From: Planctomycetota bacterium
GTDB taxonomy: Bacteria; Planctomycetota; UBA1135; UBA2386
Assembly: GCA_046290465.1 (NCBI GenBank)
Contig: JBKAGP010000001.1
Coordinates: 3,264,001-3,328,000 of the forward strand
DNA length: 64,000 bases
Direction of reading: 5' to 3'
Shown piece after piece: positions 52,154 to 61,242 of this stretch; position 1 is the first letter of the stretch, and each line of letters begins with the position of its first letter. Made by a program: the position numbers and the translations under genes. Below the pieces are notes generated by a model that had not been told where the DNA came from, did not search any database, and saw only the letters and a list, made by a program, of their open reading frames with translations.

Positions 52154-53492
52154 TGCGCGACTGCTGCAGGCAGCGAACGGTCGCCAGCAGCAGCAGCAGC
52201 GTGCTGCCGGCGACGCTGCCGTAGGCGAGCACGACGTTGGCGCTGGCCTTGCCGAGCAGGCCCTTCGACGTCAGCCCGAGCGCCAGCGCCGCGACGAACA
52301 GCAGGATCGCCAACCAGTCGCGTCGGGTCCGGACCAGGTGGTTGACGACGAAAGCGACCGGCAGGATCCAGACGCAGAAGTGCGACTTGCTGCTCTGCGG
52401 CGACAGCAGCACCATGCCGCACGCGAACGCCGCGACCTCGCCGAGGCCGACCGTTCGCTGCACGCCGGCGAACGCATCGCCCGCGGCACGCACCGCGCCG
52501 CGCGCGAACCAGACGCCGAGCGAGATCACGCCGAGCACCAGCGCCGAGGCCAACAGGGTCACGGCGCGCACCATCGTCGTCGACAGTTCGGCCAGCAACA
52601 CGTCGCCCTTGTCGCCGACGACGAAGCTGCCGTCGGGCACCTCGACCGGCGTGAACAGGCGGCGCAGCGCGCCGCTGAGGCTCTGGTTGAGCACGCTGTG
52701 CGAGTTCCACGCGCCGCGCGCGTCGGCGGTCCCGCCGACCTCGAGGCCGGCCAGGTTGACGTCGTACCACGCCCGCCACCAGGTCCCCGCGCCGGCGCGT
52801 TCGGGGTCGAACACCTGGTCTGCGGCGGCGATCGTCTCCTGCGACCGCGGGAACACGTAGTCGGGCAACAGCGTCGCGCCGAGCGTCGTCGCGACGATCG
52901 CGAGCAGTCCGAGCCAGTGCAGCCGCAGGCCGAACAACCCGACGAAGATCAACGGCGTCGCCTTGGTGGCGGCGCCGAGCCCGGCCCAGAACCCGGCGAG
53001 CATGCCCGCAACCTGGCGCCGCCCGCACCAGGACACGGCGGTCAGCGTCACCAGGCCGAGGATCGTCAGGTCGTGGCTCTGGTTGGTGAACACCGAGACG
53101 ATGTGCCGGCCGCCGAACACCGCCGTCGGGATCCAGAACCACCACATGCGGGGCGGCGCCCGGCCGGTGTCGGCGCTGCGCGCCCAGCGGTGCAGCCACC
53201 AGACGATGCCGAGCAGGATCAGGAAGTTGACGCAGAACCATGCCTCGGCGTGCCATTCGTCCGGCAGCACCGAGAACCCGACGAACGGCACCGCCGCGAA
53301 CGGCGGGTAGGTGAACGGCTTGCCGTCGGTGCCGCGGCGGTAGATCTCCTCGCCCGCCGACATGCGCTGGCCGCCGGTGACGTAGACGCCCAGCTCCCGA
53401 TCTCCCTTGGCCGCCTGCCGGTCGAAGTAGAACGACCCGCCGACCATTGCGGCCAGCAGCAGAGGCACGAGCCAGAGCCAGGAACGCTTCAC
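52116..53492 (-). CDS. Glycosyltransferase family 87 (DUF2029; PimE/AftC-like GT-C)
   Basis: PFTYPPFAA, NQ, K.TP, NQSLSG, LSPQS.KSH; multiple TM segments. Confidence 0.8.
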   Translation of the reverse strand: MKRSWLWLVPLLLAAMVGGSFYFDRQAAKGDRELGVYVTGGQRMSAGEEIYRRGTDGKPFTYPPFAAVPFVGFSVLPDEWHAEAWFCVNFLILLGIVWWLHRWARSADTGRAPPRMWWFWIPTAVFGGRHIVSVFTNQSHDLTILGLVTLTAVSWCGRRQVAGMLAGFWAGLGAATKATPLIFVGLFGLRLHWLGLLAIVATTLGATLLPDYVFPRSQETIAAADQVFDPERAGAGTWWRAWYDVNLAGLEVGGTADARGAWNSHSVLNQSLSGALRRLFTPVEVPDGSFVVGDKGDVLLAELSTTMVRAVTLLASALVLGVISLGVWFARGAVRAAGDAFAGVQRTVGLGEVAAFACGMVLLSPQSSKSHFCVWILPVAFVVNHLVRTRRDWLAILLFVAALALGLTSKGLLGKASANVVLAYGSVAGSTLLLLLATVRCLQQSRITSPSSAPPLAG

Positions 53493-53598
53493 GGTCGCGT
53501 TATCGCGCGATCTCGGGCCGATGTCCAACGACGCCGTCCAGAAGATCGAGCGAACCGCTGCAAGCGGCGGCCGTTTCGGTAAGCTCTTTCGCCCTCCT

Positions 53599-54822
53599 TT
53601 GGCCAAGACACGCTCACAACAAGGAAGCCGACGCCTCGGCGTCTGGCTGTTCGGCGCCTACGGCGGCCTGGCGACGACCGTCGTGGTCGGCGCCCGCGCG
53701 ATCGCGAAGGGCCTCAGCGAACCGCAGGGTCTGACCACCGACACCGACATCGCCGCCGACATCCCGTGGCGGCCGATCGACCGCATGGTGTTCGGTGGTC
53801 ACGAGATCCGTCGTTCGGACTACGCCTCGGCGGCGGCCGAGATCCACAGCAAGACCGGCACGCTGCCGCCCGAGCTGATCCGCAAGCTGAAGCGCGACCT
53901 GACGACGCAGAGCAAGAACGTCGTCACCGGCGTGCTGCCCAACGCCGGCGCGACCATCGAGCAGCTCGCCGAGGGCAAGCAGAAGAAGGCGACGCTGCGC
54001 CAGCAGATCGCGCAGATCCAGCGCGACATCCGCGCCTTCCAGAAGCGTCACAAGCTCGACCGCGTGGTCTGCGTCAACCTGACCTCGACCGAACCGAACC
54101 TGCGCCTCGGCGCCGCGCACAAGACGCTCGCCGCGTTCGAACGTGCGCTCGACAAGGACAACCAGAAGGCGGTGCGTCCGTCGGCGCTCTACGCCTACGC
54201 CGCCGGCAGCCTCGGCCTGCCGTTCGTGCACTTCACGCCGAGCAACTCGGCGCTGACGCCGGCGATCGAGGAGCTGTTCGCGCAGCACGACACGCCGTTC
54301 ATGGGCTGCGACGGCAAGACCGGGGAGACGCTGGTCAAGTCGGCGCTGGCGCCGATGTTCAAGTACCGCAACCTGCGCGTGCTGACGTGGCAGGGCTACA
54401 ACATCCTCGGGGATCGCGACGGCCGGGTGCTGTCGGACAGCGAGAACAAGAAGAGCAAGGTCGACAGCAAGGACGCGCTGCTGCCGTCGATCCTCGGCTA
54501 CCCGCTGCACACCCACGTCGGCATCGACTACGTGCCGTCGCTGCACGACCTGAAGACCGCGTGGGACTTCGTGCACTTCGAGGGCTTCCTCGGCTTCAAG
54601 ATGGCCCTGCAGTTCATCTGGCAGGGCTGCGACGCGATCCTGGCGGCGCCGCTGGTGCTGGACCTGATCCGGTTCGCCGACCTCGCGGCCGCGCGCGGCG
54701 AAAGCGGCCCGATGCCACATCTGGCGTGCTTCTTCAAGCAGCCGTTCGGCGTCGCCGAGCACGACCTGCACCGGCAGTGGCACATGCTCGGTGAATACCT
54801 CGACCGCGTGCGCGCGGACTGA
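53599..54822 (+). CDS. ino1: Myo-inositol-1-phosphate synthase
   Basis: GVWLFGAYGGLATT, FGGHE, NLTSTE, GCDGKTGETLVKS, N.LG..DG, KTAWD, WQGCDAILAAPLVLDL, FFK; start uncertain. Confidence 0.92.
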   Translation: MAKTRSQQGSRRLGVWLFGAYGGLATTVVVGARAIAKGLSEPQGLTTDTDIAADIPWRPIDRMVFGGHEIRRSDYASAAAEIHSKTGTLPPELIRKLKRDLTTQSKNVVTGVLPNAGATIEQLAEGKQKKATLRQQIAQIQRDIRAFQKRHKLDRVVCVNLTSTEPNLRLGAAHKTLAAFERALDKDNQKAVRPSALYAYAAGSLGLPFVHFTPSNSALTPAIEELFAQHDTPFMGCDGKTGETLVKSALAPMFKYRNLRVLTWQGYNILGDRDGRVLSDSENKKSKVDSKDALLPSILGYPLHTHVGIDYVPSLHDLKTAWDFVHFEGFLGFKMALQFIWQGCDAILAAPLVLDLIRFADLAAARGESGPMPHLACFFKQPFGVAEHDLHRQWHMLGEYLDRVRAD

Positions 54823-54834
54823 CCCGGAAGCGCC

Positions 54835-56697
54835 ATGTGCGGCATCGTCGGCGCCCGCGACGACTGGCTACGATCCTGCGGCCTGGATCCCGACGCCGCG
54901 ATGCGGACCGCGCTGCGCGAACTGCGCTGGCGCGGGCCGGACGGTGAGGGCCTGCAGCATGCCGGCAGCTGGTGGCTCGGCTGCGCGCGCCTCGCGATCT
55001 CCGGGCCGCGACGGCCGCAGCCGGTCGCGCGCCGCGGCGGCCGCTTCGTCGGCGTCATGAACGGCGCCGTCACCAACGCACGCGAGCTGTGGGCGCGGTT
55101 CGCGCCCGGCGTCGAACAGCGCCCGGCGCCGCCGAACGACGCCTGGCTGCCGCTGCTCGCGGTCGAGCACGGCGACCACGACGCGCTCGCCGAACTGCGC
55201 GGCCACCACGCCTACGCAGTCGTCGACACCGTCGAGGACCGCGTGCATCTCGGCCAGGATCGCTACGGCGAGAAGCCGCTGCACTGCGTCGTCGCGCGCA
55301 TCGGAGACGTCTGGCGCCTGGTCGCGTTCGCGTCGACGCCGGCAGCGCTGCGCTGCCTCGGTGTGCCGGTGCGGGACGCCGGCCGCCACGTCGCGCAGTG
55401 GTTCCGGTTCGGCTGGTCGGAGGGCACCACGCGACGGATCGACGCGCGCATGCACGTTCGCGACCTGCCGCTGCGCGGGGTGCCGTTCGTGGCGGCGGCC
55501 GACGGGACGCGGTGGGCGCGGCCGGCGCTCGAGCCGCGACCGGCGACCGTGCGCGGGGTCGACACGCGCGACGCCGAACTGCGCGAACGGATGGCCAACA
55601 GCGTGCGCCGCTGCCTCGACAGCCCGTCGCCGGCGGGCCTGTTCCTGTCGGGCGGCGTCGACAGCAGCTGCCTGGCGCTGACGCTCGGGCGGCTCGGCGA
55701 GACGATCCCCGCCTACCAGTTCCGCGCCCACGGCACGCCGGGCGACGAACGCGCCGCGGCCGAGGACGTCGCGCGCGCGGCGCGCCTGCCGCTGCACGAG
55801 ATCGACGGCGGCCCGGAGCTGCTCGACGCGCTGCCGATGCTGACGCGCATGGCCGGCCAGCCGCTCGGGGACCCTTCGATCCTCGCCGCGCACGCGGTGG
55901 CGCGCGCGGCGGCGGCGCAGGGCGTGCGCATCCTGCTCGGCGGCGAAGGGGCCGACGAGCTGCTGCTGGGCTACCGTCGCTACCGCGCGCTCGCGCACAT
56001 GCCGCGCTGGTCGCGCCTCTCTGCGCTGTCCCGGCTCGCCGGCGCGTGGTCGATGCACAAGGCCGCCCGCTACTGGCGCGCGGCCACCGCCGCCAACCCG
56101 ATCCGTGCCCTGCTGGCGGTCACGCCGCCCGCGTTCGGCCAGAAGGTGCTCTGCAGCGAACTCGGTTCGCACCGCTGCTGGCGCGACGACGAGGCCACCG
56201 AGCCGAACCCGCCGGACCTCGCCCTGGCCGGCCGCGACGACGACCTCGCCAACTACCTGCCGCGCGACCTGCTGCCGAAGATCGACGTCGCGCTGATGGC
56301 GGCGGGCGTCGAAGGTCGGTGCCCCTACCTCGAGGCCGGCATCGAGGCCTTCGGCGTCGACCGCATGGCGATGGGCAAGCGCCACCTGCGCGAGGCGTTC
56401 GCCGGCGAACTGCCCGAACGGGTGCAGAACCTGCCCAAGCGCGGCTTCTCGCTACCCCTCGACGCGTGGTTCCGCGGCGACCTGCCGGCCCTCGACGTGC
56501 TCGCCGAGCCGCAGAGCCGCGAGCGCCCCCACCTGCGCCCCGGCGGCCTGATCCGCGCCATCGACCAGCACCGCGGCGACCGCGCCGACCTCGGCCACGC
56601 CCTCTACCTCCTCTACGCCTACGAACTGCACCTCCGCACCGCGAAGGTCCGTTCGTTCGGTTCCGGGCGCATACCGACCACTACCGGCGCAACCTGA
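54835..56697 (+). CDS. Asparagine synthase (glutamine-hydrolysing) family amidotransferase
   Basis: MCGIVG, RGPD, DRYGEKPL, LSGGVDSS, GEGADEL, E.RCPYL, KRGF. Confidence 0.88.
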   Translation: MCGIVGARDDWLRSCGLDPDAAMRTALRELRWRGPDGEGLQHAGSWWLGCARLAISGPRRPQPVARRGGRFVGVMNGAVTNARELWARFAPGVEQRPAPPNDAWLPLLAVEHGDHDALAELRGHHAYAVVDTVEDRVHLGQDRYGEKPLHCVVARIGDVWRLVAFASTPAALRCLGVPVRDAGRHVAQWFRFGWSEGTTRRIDARMHVRDLPLRGVPFVAAADGTRWARPALEPRPATVRGVDTRDAELRERMANSVRRCLDSPSPAGLFLSGGVDSSCLALTLGRLGETIPAYQFRAHGTPGDERAAAEDVARAARLPLHEIDGGPELLDALPMLTRMAGQPLGDPSILAAHAVARAAAAQGVRILLGGEGADELLLGYRRYRALAHMPRWSRLSALSRLAGAWSMHKAARYWRAATAANPIRALLAVTPPAFGQKVLCSELGSHRCWRDDEATEPNPPDLALAGRDDDLANYLPRDLLPKIDVALMAAGVEGRCPYLEAGIEAFGVDRMAMGKRHLREAFAGELPERVQNLPKRGFSLPLDAWFRGDLPALDVLAEPQSRERPHLRPGGLIRAIDQHRGDRADLGHALYLLYAYELHLRTAKVRSFGSGRIPTTTGAT

Positions 56698-56794
56698 ACC
56701 AGGTTCGGTATGCGGGGTCCGGAAGGTTGGTTCCGGGAGCGGAGCTTGCCGGCCGCTACTGGCGCAACTTGAACCCGGTTCGGTATGCGGGGTC
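56655..56794 (+). repeat. Composite cluster of REP-like units
   Basis: GGCGCAACYTGAACCMGGTTCGGTATGCGGGGTC at 56686 and 56761, plus GTTCGGTTCCGGG at 56655. Confidence 0.85.
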
Positions 56795-57590
56795 AGCTGG
56801 GGAGGAGGCGGCGGTAGAGTTCGGCGCGGCGGCGGGGGGAGGAGCCCGGGTCGGTCGCGAAGGCGGAGCCGCCGATCTCGGCCTGGGCGGCGGCCTGCCA
56901 GCGGTCGAGCAGCTGGGTCGCCAGGTCGCGGGCTCCGGTGCGGCAGGCCAGGGCGAACGCCTCGAGCAGCAGGAACGGGTCGTCGGGCCGCTCGGTCAGC
57001 AGCGCCTGCAGCGCCGCCAACGCGCCACCGACGTCGGTCGCTGGCTCCGGCACCCCGCGCAGCACCGGCACGACGGGACGGTTCATCTCCGAGTCGAATG
57101 CCTCACCCGGCGGCAGGTGCGCCGCGATCAGCGCCATGATTTCGCCGACACGCCCGCGCAGGCGGCCCGAACTGGTCAGCCTGCGCCGCTGGTCGAACGC
57201 CTGCCAGGTCAGCGACAGGCCCGGCCCACCGTCGGCGCCGGCGACCGGCGTCGGAACGACCAGTTCGCCGATATCGTAGCGGTCGAGCTTGCGCGCCAGG
57301 GCCCGAACGGACTTGGGCTCCAGCCGATAGATCGACATGCGGTCGAACACCGGCAGGCTCGCGCCGCTCTGCTCGTCGCGCAGCGGCTGCGAAGACGTCC
57401 CGTAGACCACCACGCCGCTGGCGTCGACGTGCAGGCGCCGGACCACGTGCATGCCATCCGCGTCGGCGCGCAGTTCGTCGGCGACCAGGACGAAGTTCGG
57501 CGGCGGCCACACCGACGGCGCCAGCCCGCCGCCGATGCACGAAGCCGCCACCAGCGCCGGGAGCGCGACCAGTACCCGCATGACCTTCAC
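56793..57590 (-). CDS. Putative lipoprotein
   Basis: LVAASC lipobox; TAGGAT lies 6 nt before the GTG. Confidence 0.65.
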   Translation of the reverse strand: MKVMRVLVALPALVAASCIGGGLAPSVWPPPNFVLVADELRADADGMHVVRRLHVDASGVVVYGTSSQPLRDEQSGASLPVFDRMSIYRLEPKSVRALARKLDRYDIGELVVPTPVAGADGGPGLSLTWQAFDQRRRLTSSGRLRGRVGEIMALIAAHLPPGEAFDSEMNRPVVPVLRGVPEPATDVGGALAALQALLTERPDDPFLLLEAFALACRTGARDLATQLLDRWQAAAQAEIGGSAFATDPGSSPRRRAELYRRLLPS

Positions 57591-57772
57591 CGCCACATCC
57601 TAGCCAACGCGCGCGGCGACGACCGCCCAATCTCTTGACCCGATGCGCGCGAAAGGCGCACGCAGCCGCCCACCACACCAGGGCTTGTAGAGGTTTGGTT
57701 TGCACGGCCCGGGATTCGGCGATACCGTCCATGCCGACGGGCTTTCGAGCCACAACGGTCAGCGTCGAAACT

Positions 57773-58363
57773 ATGGTCCTCATCCACGAGAAGATCACGG
57801 CCCTGCTTGAGCAGCGCCGTCTCAAGAAGAGGGATCTCGCCAGGGCCTTGGGGGTGTCGCCGCAAACTGCGACGGACATCTGCAAGGGGCGGTCCGCAAT
57901 CACCCTGCCCCACCTCCGCAACCTGGTCTCGTTCTTCGAGATCCGCGCCGAGTTCTGGCTCGACGACGACCGGCTCACGCCGGAGGACGTGGACCAGGTG
58001 GCGCGCAAGGGCACCGCGGATGCGATCCAACGAACCGGCCTGCTCGCGGCGGAAGACCCGCCGCGCCTGGTCGAACGCCTGCGCACCTTCGTGCAGAGCC
58101 AGCGCGAGGCGTTCGAGGCCAGGTTCCCGGACCTGACCGCTGCCGAACGTGGCGTGCTCGGCCTGGGCGACGGCGCGGTCGGGCAGGTGGCAGCGACCCC
58201 GCCTCCGTCGGCCCAGGCCACTGGCTCCCAGGGTTCTGGCTCCCAGGGTTCTGGCTCTCAGGGTTCTGGCTCTCAGGGAGCCGGCTCTCAGGGTGCTGGC
58301 TCCGAGGCGAGCAACGACGCCATCGCCGGCGCACCGATGGCCGCGCGCGAAGCCGACCAGTAG
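57773..58363 (+). CDS. XRE-family HTH transcriptional regulator with low-complexity tail
   Basis: KKRDLARALGVSPQTATDICKGR. Confidence 0.8.
   Translation: MVLIHEKITALLEQRRLKKRDLARALGVSPQTATDICKGRSAITLPHLRNLVSFFEIRAEFWLDDDRLTPEDVDQVARKGTADAIQRTGLLAAEDPPRLVERLRTFVQSQREAFEARFPDLTAAERGVLGLGDGAVGQVAATPPPSAQATGSQGSGSQGSGSQGSGSQGAGSQGAGSEASNDAIAGAPMAAREADQ
58221..58303. repeat. 5x15-bp in-frame tandem repeat (GSQGS)
   Basis: CTGGCTCYCAGGGTT units. Confidence 0.9.
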
Positions 58364-58461
58364 CGCGACGCGAACGGCACGCCGCTCGCGCGTGACGTTC
58401 GCATGACCGGGCGCCCGTCTTCGTAATTGCCTGCGCCCGCGGCGCACGCGAGCATTGCGAC

Positions 58462-59580
58462 ATGCGCCCGTACTGCATGTTGCTCCCTCTCGCAGCGTTC
58501 GCCGCCTGCGACCCGCTCCCGACCAACCAGGACCCGGTGGTCCCGGCGAAGGACTTCGTCATCAAGGCCGGCAAGCCGGTCGACTCGCTGCCGAACGAGC
58601 CGCACCTGAAGAACGTGCGCATGCTGACGTTCGACGGCGAGAACGCGGAGGCCTACTGGTCCAACGACGGCACCAAGCTGGTGCTGCAGCGCCGCAGCCA
58701 CGAGATGAAGGCCGACCAGATCTACGTGCTCGATCTGGCGACGGGCGAAATGGAGCAGGTCAGCACCGGCAAGGGCCGCACCACGTGCTCGTACTTCACC
58801 CAGGGTGACGAGCGCATCGTCTACGCTTCGACGCACCACGAAGGCGACGCGCCGCCGGTCGTCAAGATGACCGGCCGCGGCTACCAGTGGGCGGTGCACC
58901 GCGAATACGACATCTTCGACGTCAAGCCGGACGGCACCGGCCTGCGCCGCCTGACCGAAACCGAAGGCTACGACGCCGAAGCGACGGTCTGCCCGGTGAC
59001 CGGCGACATCGTCTTCACGTCGGTCCGCGACGGCGACCTCGAGCTCTACACGATGAGCGCCGACGGCTCCAACGTGAAGCGCATCACCGACCGCCCCGGC
59101 TACGACGGCGGCGCGTTCTTCTCACACGACGGCAGCAAGTTCGTGCTGCGTTCGGCGTTCCCGGACAGCGAAGAACGGGCCAAGGAGGACGCCGCGTTGC
59201 TGATGCAGCAGCTGGTCAAGCCGTCGCAGATGGAGATCACCGTCTGCGACCGCGACGGCTCCAACTTCCGTCAGGTCACCAAGAACGGCTCGGCCAACTT
59301 CGCGCCGTTCTGGCTGCCCGACGACCGGCGCATCATCTTCTCGAGCAACTTCCGCGGCATGCAGAAGATGCGCGAGACCGGCGACCACACCCAGGCCCGC
59401 AACTTCGACCTGTTCCTGATCAACGAGGACGGCACCGGGATCGAGCAGGTCACCGACACCCCCGAGTTCGACGGCTTCCCGATGTTCTCGCCGTGCGGCC
59501 GGTTCCTGGTGTTTGCCAGCAACCGCTACAACAAGACCAAGGGCGACACCAACATCTTCATCGCCGAGTGGGTCGAGTGA
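58462..59580 (+). CDS. TolB-like PD40 beta-propeller lipoprotein
   Basis: FAAC lipobox; GENAEAYWS, GYDAE, GYDGGAFFS, FAPF, FDGFPMFS repeats. Confidence 0.85.
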   Translation: MRPYCMLLPLAAFAACDPLPTNQDPVVPAKDFVIKAGKPVDSLPNEPHLKNVRMLTFDGENAEAYWSNDGTKLVLQRRSHEMKADQIYVLDLATGEMEQVSTGKGRTTCSYFTQGDERIVYASTHHEGDAPPVVKMTGRGYQWAVHREYDIFDVKPDGTGLRRLTETEGYDAEATVCPVTGDIVFTSVRDGDLELYTMSADGSNVKRITDRPGYDGGAFFSHDGSKFVLRSAFPDSEERAKEDAALLMQQLVKPSQMEITVCDRDGSNFRQVTKNGSANFAPFWLPDDRRIIFSSNFRGMQKMRETGDHTQARNFDLFLINEDGTGIEQVTDTPEFDGFPMFSPCGRFLVFASNRYNKTKGDTNIFIAEWVE

Positions 59581-59684
59581 TCGACCGGGTGCGGCGCGGC
59601 GCGCTCCACCGCTGACCGCACCGATGCGACCGAAGTTTTCGCCGGCTTTGCAACGAGTTCACGGGCCGGATCGATGTTGGTCGC

Positions 59685-59954
59685 ATGGACACGGAACTCA
59701 TCGACGGCGTCGCGTGCGCCGCAGCGGACCTGACCGCCCGGCTGCACGCGGAACTGACCCAGGCGCAGGCCCAACTCGCCATCGCGGACGCTCGTGCGCA
59801 CGCGAGCCTCGCCCAGGGGGAGCCGATCCCGGCTGATGTCCGCGTCGAGCGGGTGATGCACCGACAGAAGGTCGCCGTGCTGCACCAGGTGCTCGACGGG
59901 GTCCCCGCCGTCGAAGGAGCCGTCGAGGGAGACTGCCATGCTGCAAGTGCTTGA
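59685..59954 (+). CDS. Small helical hypothetical protein
   Basis: 89 aa, GC3-rich; overlaps the next ORF by 17 nt. Confidence 0.55.
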   Translation: MDTELIDGVACAAADLTARLHAELTQAQAQLAIADARAHASLAQGEPIPADVRVERVMHRQKVAVLHQVLDGVPAVEGAVEGDCHAASA

Positions 59955-60252
59955 TCGCGCCGACCACGAGACGCGCCTCCGCGACCTGATGTCACGCTTC
60001 CAGAACCAAGAACGCTTCATGAGCGAGGCCCTGCAGGACCTGCAGAACCGCCTCGAACACTGGCATCGCGAAGCCAGCTTCCAGCAGCTGGGCGACGCAC
60101 CGAGCCAGGCGCGCTCGCTGCTGGCGCACTGCTCCGATCTGCAGAGCGAATACGACGAACTCGCCACCGAGCTCGTGCACGTCCGCATGGCGATCTCGGG
60201 TGCCGGCGAAGAACTCGCCCACCGGGACACCGCCGAACGCCTCGGCGCGTGA
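59938..60252 (+). CDS. Small coiled-coil hypothetical protein
   Basis: GAGGGAG RBS; heptad pattern. Confidence 0.65.
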   Translation: MLQVLDRADHETRLRDLMSRFQNQERFMSEALQDLQNRLEHWHREASFQQLGDAPSQARSLLAHCSDLQSEYDELATELVHVRMAISGAGEELAHRDTAERLGA

Positions 60253-60304
60253 ATCGCCGGCCGGGCCGCCCGGGCCGAATGGGCTCGAACGTGAGCCGCC
60301 CGGA

Positions 60305-60952
60305 TCAGGGCGCGAGCCGATCGACGCGCCACGCCGCGCCGTCGCGCACGAACCGGAAGCGGTCGTGCAAACGCGCATCGCGGCCCTGCCAGAACTCGAT
60401 CCGGCGCGGCTGCAGCACGTAGCCACCCCAGTGCGGTGGCCGCAGCAGCCCGCCCTCGCCGGTGCGCTGCCCCAGCTCGTCGACCAGCCGTTCGAGCGCC
60501 GCGCGATCGTCGACGACCCTGCTCTGCGGGGACGCGGCGCTGCACAGCTGCGCGCGCGGCGGCCGACTCGCAAAGTAGGCGTCACTGTCCGACTCCGGCA
60601 GCTCAACGACATCGCCCTCGACGCGCACCTGGCGCGTGCGCGGCGCGACCCACCAGAACGTCGCCGCAGCCTTGCCGTTGGCCCGCAGCTCCTGGCCCTT
60701 GTCGCTCTGCTTGTTAGTGAAGAAGCCGAAGCCCCGTTCGTCGAGCTGCTTCAGCAGCACAATGCGGCAGTGCGGCTGGCCGTCGCCGCCGCACGTCGCG
60801 AGCGCCATCGCGTTGGGCTCGCGCACGCCGGCGTCGGTCGCCAGCTGCAGCCAGCTGCGAAACAGCGCGACCGGATCTCCGGGCAGGTCCGCGCGGCGCA
60901 GCGCGTCGTCGCCGTAGTCGATGCGAAGTTCGGCGAACTCGTCGTGGCTCAT
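60305..60952 (-). CDS. pdxH: Pyridoxine/pyridoxamine 5'-phosphate oxidase
   Basis: EPNAMALAT, RIVLLK, FFTN..S.KG, RQVRVEG, YFASRP, EFWQGR..RLHDR. Confidence 0.96.
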   Translation of the reverse strand: MSHDEFAELRIDYGDDALRRADLPGDPVALFRSWLQLATDAGVREPNAMALATCGGDGQPHCRIVLLKQLDERGFGFFTNKQSDKGQELRANGKAAATFWWVAPRTRQVRVEGDVVELPESDSDAYFASRPPRAQLCSAASPQSRVVDDRAALERLVDELGQRTGEGGLLRPPHWGGYVLQPRRIEFWQGRDARLHDRFRFVRDGAAWRVDRLAP

Positions 60953-61242
60953 GCCGGAGATGGTAGCCACGATCCGGCCGGCAGCGACCTCGGCGAAGCC
61001 ACCGAGGTCGCGCACGGGGTCCGGCCCCGCGGCCACGACTAGTAGAACGTCGTCTCGCAGAGGTTGGTGACCGGCAGCGGCAGGCCAGCCGGGGCAGGCC
61101 AACCGGGACCGGCCAGCGCCAGCCGCACCGCTCCCGCGCCAGATGCTCACCGCGTCTTCAAACGGCATACACGGTCCGACGCCACCTTGGCCGCGGCTGA
61201 GGGGGCAATCATGCGCCCACAGACCGAGCAGAGAGCATCCAC

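Noticed and set aside
56686..56794. Two 34-bp direct repeats with a 41-nt spacer resembling a mini-CRISPR
   Set aside because: Only two units and no cas genes. The same unit appears singly and inverted elsewhere, which fits a REP-like element better.
60969..61242. Possible ncRNA or ORF in the pdxH-olsF divergent gap
   Set aside because: No recognisable RNA family and no convincing RBS or codon pattern.
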